DNA of 64,000 bases from Raillietiella orientalis (taxonomy: Eukaryota): positions 2,480,001-2,544,000 of the forward strand of contig JAYWIR010000013.1 of the NCBI GenBank assembly GCA_036172245.1, in the 5' to 3' direction. Below the pieces are notes generated by a model. It was not told the DNA's origin. It searched no databases and worked only from the letters and a program-made list of their open reading frames with translations. Each line of letters opens with the position of its first letter. Positions within the stretch are counted from its first letter, which is position 1. Positions 58,154 through 64,000 of the stretch are shown piece after piece. The position numbers and the translations under genes were made by a program.

Positions 58154-61100
58154 TTTTCACTCGGATTTCTCCCAGTCGTTTATTAAAAACATAAACTTTG
58201 TAAACAAATTATTAATGGCTGTGGCAATGCTCCAGCCAGAAGCTAAGAACCACGGCGCCTGCCAATACACCGGTTTCTAGACCGGTACGGTCCACCAAGG
58301 CAGAAGGGGAAAGGGGAAAAACAAAAAAACTAAACAAAAAAAAAAAAGGGTGGGAGGGAACGGGAAGGGATCACTGTTGCTGCTCGGGCCGCATCATCCT
58401 TCTCAGGATGCTGGCAAGCTCTTGTTTCTTGTGAACATCCAACTGGGGCCATCGCGACGCCCTCCTCAGGAATTCGGAGGCGCACTGGATGGCTTCCTGA
58501 TCGCTAGGTCCTCACGTCGCCGTGCTCCAGGCGGCAACGATCCCACGAAGGCAGCACATGGCTGCTATGGAGGACGCTGGCCGCAAAGCGTCGGCAACGA
58601 AGAAGGCTTTTTAGTGCGTCCCTGGGGTTGCTGCAAGGGATACCGATGGCCCCGGCAAAGTGGAACCAAAGGGGCCGAAGGGCAACACAATCCACTAGGG
58701 GGTGGGGGAGGGACCCCCGTTCCCCGCACCTTACACAATTAAGATCCACCGCTCCCCAGGTCCAGTGGTGTCGACGGGGGTTGCAAACGAGTGCCCAGTG
58801 CTGCAACAGGAATGCCGACTCTTGCCATTTTAGGGGGAGGATGGAAGTGTTCATAAGAATCGGGGGCCACTTCGGACGTTCAATCGAAACATCCAGCAGC
58901 GCTCCCCAGCGCAGAAGTCCATCAGGAGGCGTACTCGGGGTCGCAGCATGAGTTAGCTGACCCGTCTTCCACTCTCTCTGCTTCTTCTTCTTCCCGGAGA
59001 TTTTTATTGTAACCTCCCACTTCGCCGCAACATCGCTGTCCTGATGTTCCACTAGGGAGTCAAGCGCAGCAGCGAGGGGGGTTCTTCCTCACCACACTCT
59101 CTTCTTAGGATCCTGCAGGATCTCACGGAGCGTGCAACTTTTGTAACACCCAAACAGGAACCTTCGTTCCTGATGGGAGGGTTGCATGCCGAACTGTCCA
59201 CACGTACGAACGGTTTCCTGCAACCAGGCACTACCGTTCGCGGGGGAACAGGTGATCCATCCTTGATTCTTCCTTGCCAGCGCAGCAACCCTCCGTAGCT
59301 GAAGCCCACATCGGTTGATGCGGCTTCGATGGAGTGCAAGAAACGACGTGAGTCCCGACTTGCCGGTGGCTTGCTGAAGGAGGAGACGTGCAGGGACCCA
59401 CCAATAGGTGCACCACAACTCCGGCACAAGTGCCAAACTCCGGAACTGGAGCTGCAGCTCCAGCCGCACCAATGTCAGGAGGCCGAGACCACCGTCCCTA
59501 CGCGAAAGCACAAGTCCTTCAAGCGGACTCGGGCCCTCCCGTTGCCCCAAAGGGCGATACGAAGGAGTTCCTTTGTCCGCTTTTTGATCCTCTCTGTGGG
59601 GGGGGCAAACAAAAAGCAGGGAACGGAGGAGAGGAGCCGCGAACATGTTCCAAACCGCGGCCCGTTTAGGCAGCAAAAACCTGCCGCCTCGGAACGGGCC
59701 GATAGCCGTCTCTACTTTTTGGAGGCAGCCGGACCACGCTTCCGCAGGAGAGTAGTCCCCCAACGGCACACCAAGGTACTTGAAGTACCTCACCGTGAGG
59801 ATCCCCAAACGGACCCAGTCCTGCTGCCCTGCCTACGCCGCACCAACTGGCATCACGGACGACTTCGCCCTGTTCACCGTAAGCCCAGTTCCTCGATTCA
59901 GCAGGTCGAAGAACTTTTCGACCGCCGAAGCCGGGGTGGACATAGGGAGCAGCAGCAGGAGGTCGTCCGCATATGCTGAAACCGCAGGCGTTTTGGCTCA
60001 TTCATGAGGCAGGTGCGCCAGAGTTTCCCTGTACGCTTTCAGTACCAATTCAAAGTAGGTACTGAAGGGCAAGGGGCTCAGGCTGTCTACTTGCCGGATC
60101 TCACGTCGCACCGGCACGCCGTGAACAGTATGCCCGCTGAAAGTAACATTAATTAGCGCATCGCGCAGCTAGAGCGCAGATAGGCCAATAATGAGGCCGG
60201 GAAGCCCAAGCGTTCCAAAAGCTCCAGAAGGAGATTCTGGTCGACGCTGTCGAATGCTTCACGCAAGTCGACAGCGACGGAAAGTGCTCCCTCCTCCATC
60301 CTACCATCCGTCGCATGACTGACGGACTCACCGGAATTCCCGGTGCGCATCAAGCCCCTTTCGTGTTGGAGCTCTAGCCAGGTGGAAGCGTGGAACAGGT
60401 TCGCCTCCATGCTTCGCCCCGGAACAGCATACGTCTGTTCCAGGCTGATGAAGGCGTTTGCAACCCGTCCCAAACGCTCAGCCCAAACCTTAGCTATCAA
60501 CTCGGCATCCGCATTCACAATTGTGATGGGACGCCAGTAGTTCATGCTCCTCAGATCTCCTCCCTTAGGGAGAAGCCGCACCTTTGCCGAACGAAACGAG
60601 GCGGGAACGTCACTTGTCTCGCGTATCAGCAAGGTGAGTTGATGTACCAGGGGGGTTAGCTCAGCCGCGAAAGTTTGATAAAACTCCGCGGAAAGGCCGT
60701 CCTCCCCTGGAGCCTTTCGCCTCTTCAGCATTTCGATGGCCGAGATGATCTTGCCCATCGTGAAAGACTCGTCGAGGGGCTTTCTCTGCTCCTCCCCGAT
60801 CGCAGGAGCGCCTTCCAAAAGCAGGATTCGTGAGAAATCCCGCTCGGGAGGCGTTCTTGCGTACAGGGAGGAGTGAAAATGCCGCAGCAGACCGCGGATC
60901 TTAGCGGGTGCCGCATGCTCCTGGCCCTGATCGTCCAGCAAGCTGGCCGATCCTGACTGCCAGGCTTTCCTCTCGGCTCCCGCTTTGTATTCCGCCAGCC
61001 TGCGGATGTCGGGGGTCCTGGCGTAACGGCGAGCCTGCAGATAGGCTCGCTCGTTACGTACCCCCTCCCCAAATCCCGCAGGTAGGCGGTGCAGAGGGAA

Positions 61101-61806
61101 CTGGTCGCAGAACTCCTGGACCGACCGTTTAAAGGGGTCCCAATTCTGAAGTGTCTGAATCCTAAAGCTCCGTATAAACGTGCGGAGATGTTCCGTCGCG
61201 TCCGGGAGCTTCAGCCAGTCCCCTGGCAAACGCCACGCTGACGAGGGAAGGTCTCTGTCGCGCGGATGGATTTCAATCACGATTGGTCGATGGTCGGACA
61301 ACTCGCACGGTAACTTGCAGCGCCTGCCCACACGAGTGCACAGGTGCTCGTCTAGGAACACGTGATCGATGTTGTCCTCCATCCCTGGTACACTGGCCAA
61401 CAAATTACAAGTGTGCACCGCCGCGCACACCTCGTTGACCAGGTCACGCTCGTGATTCGGACCATCCGGTTTCAGACGAACGTTAAAATCGCCTGCAGCC
61501 AGATGGGCATTCCGCACGCCTGCCTCGGCCAACCAGTCGCGATGGAGGGCGAGGACAAATTCTTTTCTGGCCCTCCTGTTCGTCAGGTCGGCTCCGCTCG
61601 GGGCGTAAACGTTCGTAACGATCAGCTCCATCGAGTCGGACCAGCTGAGAGTCAGCTGGCCGACACGACCGTGATCGGCGAACCGAACTGCACGGGCGGC
61701 GGCCTCGACGGCGGGCCGAAGCAGGTAGGCGACACCACTACTTCTCGATGTTCCACACCGATACCACAGCCGCCCTCCGTAGATGCGTTCGATCTCCTGC
61801 GCTCGT
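58154..61806 (-). mobile_element. LINE copy A4 (most of ORF2 + 3' UTR), cut at EQAQ by E2
   Basis: Minus ORFs 60153-61631, 59089-59808 and 58504-59052. 3' UTR nearly matches A1. End aataaacgactgggagaaatccgagtgaaaa. Confidence 0.9.
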
Positions 61807-63165
61807 ACAGTGCAGACGTGTTTCCGCGTCTATCCTCGCCAACGATCGGGCAACTTTGTGCCTGCGTTTTCGCTCGCACTTGTGTGTTCCTGTGCAATCA
61901 GCCAAGTAGCATAGTGCAACATGGCCAGTACACAGGATAGTGTGGAGGAGCAAGCCACTGGATGCACTTCAGCTGCACTTGAAGTGGCCGCATCCTCCGT
62001 AATGGTTACCTCGCCCCCGGTGAGGACTTACGCCGCCGTTACCTCCCAAAGTCCAGGAACCTGCGATGCGGAGTTCCAGGCATATGTGTCATCAGGATAC
62101 ATGCCTGCACTCCGTTATAAGGTCGGTGGGCCACTTCACGGGAGAATCGGTCGTGAGCTCAATGATGAGCTCGTCCGGATAGGCGTTCGCGAGGAGGAAC
62201 TTGTTGCCATAATGCCTGCTGGCAGGATGGAATATACGAAGATTCGGTGCAAGAACGCAGCACTTTTGCAGCGCCTTCTCCGTACGCCGTTGACCATCAA
62301 TGGCAAGCAAGTCCTACCTACGGCGATGGACGACTCTTTTGTCGTTCAATTGTGCGACATCGAACCGGAAATTTCCGACCGCGATGTCGTAAGTGTGCTG
62401 GCGAAGTTCGCCACCGTGCACGCTCTGTGGAGGAGGCCGAACCCTTTGAAGAATTTCTCCTCTGTCCACATCGGACAAGCCTCCACGCGGATCACCGTCG
62501 CGAACAGGCGTGTTGTGCCTGAGCAGCTGCAGGTGAACGGCACGGTCGTTCACCTGTGGTTCATAGGCCAGAATCGCGCGTGCGAGCAGTGCGGGAAGGA
62601 GGGGCACCGAATTAAAGAGTGCCCCTCACCAAGATGCCGCTATTGCAAAGATTCCGGGCACGAAATCAAAAAGTGCCCGGTACTTGCAAAAAAAGAGCCG
62701 CAGCGGAAATTCGTCGGGTTCAAGAGACCACAGCACGAAAAGCCGCAGCGGCGAATAAAAAACATCTTCCGCAAAAACTCGAAAAAAACCACGAGCGATC
62801 CACGGATAAAAAGAAAGCATCCCCGCCCGCAACGCCCCGAAAGGGGATAGTCACGGCGGGGAAGCCAATTAAAAAGGAGCGCGAGGGTTTGACGCGTGCC
62901 GTGCCTTCCCTCTCTGCCGAACTCGCAAGCACCTTTCCGAGCCTGGAACCAGGAAATCTCCGTAACACCCTGGAGGGAAAGGTAGGAAAACAGGAAGATC
63001 GCAACAGTGCGAAGACTTCTTGCCCCGTTCCGTTGTCCCTTCCGAGTTCCGGACAACCCCACTGCAGCGCAGGCCCCACTGCAAAGGCTACGAAAGCCGT
63101 AAAAAGCAGCGTCGCGACGAGCAAAAGCACGCTGCATGCAGTCGCCCCATCGCCGACTCGGCAGG
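61807..63165 (+). mobile_element. LINE copy E2 (E/F group; link to E1 inferred), 5' portion with ORF1, antisense in A4 APE
   Basis: 5' gcagacgtgtttcc at 61812. ORF 61921-62850 with CEQCGKEGHRIKEC and CRYCKDSGHEIKKC, homologous to F ORF1. Confidence 0.88.
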
Positions 63166-64000
63166 TTTCCCCAAGTCCCACAAGGGGTGGGGTAAGTTTA
63201 TTTTTCTATAAAAATACAAAATTTACATTCGCACCCTCACTCACTCAATACAATTATTTTGCACTTGGGAGTCCTTGGGTTGCACTAGAGTTCTGCTTTT
63301 CAGGGGGGAATTCCAGCTGGATGGTCCCGGGCGTCGTCCTGGATCCTCTTCAGGATGAATCGGTACGTCCAGGCGTGGATCTTCCCGCAGTTCCTGATGC
63401 CGATTTCCCTCTACAAGAGCCCTTGTAGGATCTCCATCGGTGGTGCGGCTCTCCTGGCTTTCCTCATTTTCCACCACCGCACAAGTATGGCGGTGATGAA
63501 GAGGGCTATGTTCGTCCTCACCATGGGATTGTAACAGGGAACATTACCATCCCCATGAAACATCCCGGCGAGGATCTCCATAACGGACTTGTTGGTAAGT
63601 CCTATGATCCTTTTCAGGATCAGCCAGTCATGCAGCAGTGTGGGACATGTCAAGACGTGAAGTCTTGTGTCGTCGTCTCCACATGCTGCGCAGTCTCGGT
63701 CTTCCCGTCTTCCTGTAAAGTGCTGCAATCGGGACCCACTCTGGATTCCTCCGTGATAAAACATCAGGAGGTCATCCTGGGTGCCCGGCGAAAGGTCACT
63801 CCTCCAGAGCGTCGTGCCGATCGCTAACAGGTTGAACCGTTCACTCCCGTAGCGTTCGGTGGCTTCCTGGAGGGCACTGGTGTCACGGTCGTTTTCTTGG
63901 ATAAACCTTCGGAGGTTTGTTCTGGTTACCCTCGACCATGCGAAGTCGTTGTGGTTGAACCACACTTCGCGGGTCCTGTGGGTAAACCTTCCTAACATCA
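63166..64000 (-). mobile_element. Divergent LINE (family X), 3' end; runs off the window
   Basis: Minus ORF 63411-63998 with CAACGDDDTRLHVLTC, a LINE C-terminal CCHC finger unlike the other families. End aataaacttaccccaccccttgtgggacttggggaaa. Confidence 0.7.

Noticed and set aside
1..64000. Hundreds of overlapping or antisense ORFs (e.g. 18395-19624 minus, 7314-8291 minus, 45537-46568 minus)
   Set aside because: They are shadow frames of GC-rich LINE coding sequence, or chimeras across junctions, with no independent motifs.

Overview
The whole 64 kb is a gene-free eukaryotic pile-up of about 19 nested or abutting non-LTR retrotransposon (LINE) copies of L1/Tx1-type architecture. ORF1 is gag-like with CCHC zinc knuckles. 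ORF2 is AP-endonuclease + reverse transcriptase (YADD) + C-terminal CCHC finger, with no RNase H seen. At least 9 families are present; the labels A, A', B, B', C, E, E', F, G, H and X are my own. Only one ORF2 is uninterrupted (family C, ~19862-23449). Junctions and target-site duplications (TSDs) resolve a nest six levels deep (G2 < B'2 < A2 < B1 < A' < C). The main observation is that several families insert repeatedly at one short site inside other LINE families, usually antisense and often in a conserved protein motif. Family A hits RT 'KAFD' three times in three host families, B' hits 'GFG(EG)' four times, E hits 'EQAQ', E' hits 'GGRL' and B hits a CCTCCNNGG site in ORF1. Single insertions hit 'GDFN' (F) and 'DAKL' (C). 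The targets include an apparent A->E'->B->A cycle. Preserved 5' ends share GCGGACGTGTTTT. 3' ends lack poly(A) and read AATAAA-CCCGG-loop-CCGGG-TG-(A)2-4 (family X has a different hairpin), and the B/B'/C 3' UTRs show a covarying RNA fold. ORF1/ORF2 junctions are TAATG in some families and AUG-less TAACA in others. Everything was read by eye; the host organism and database identity are unknown.
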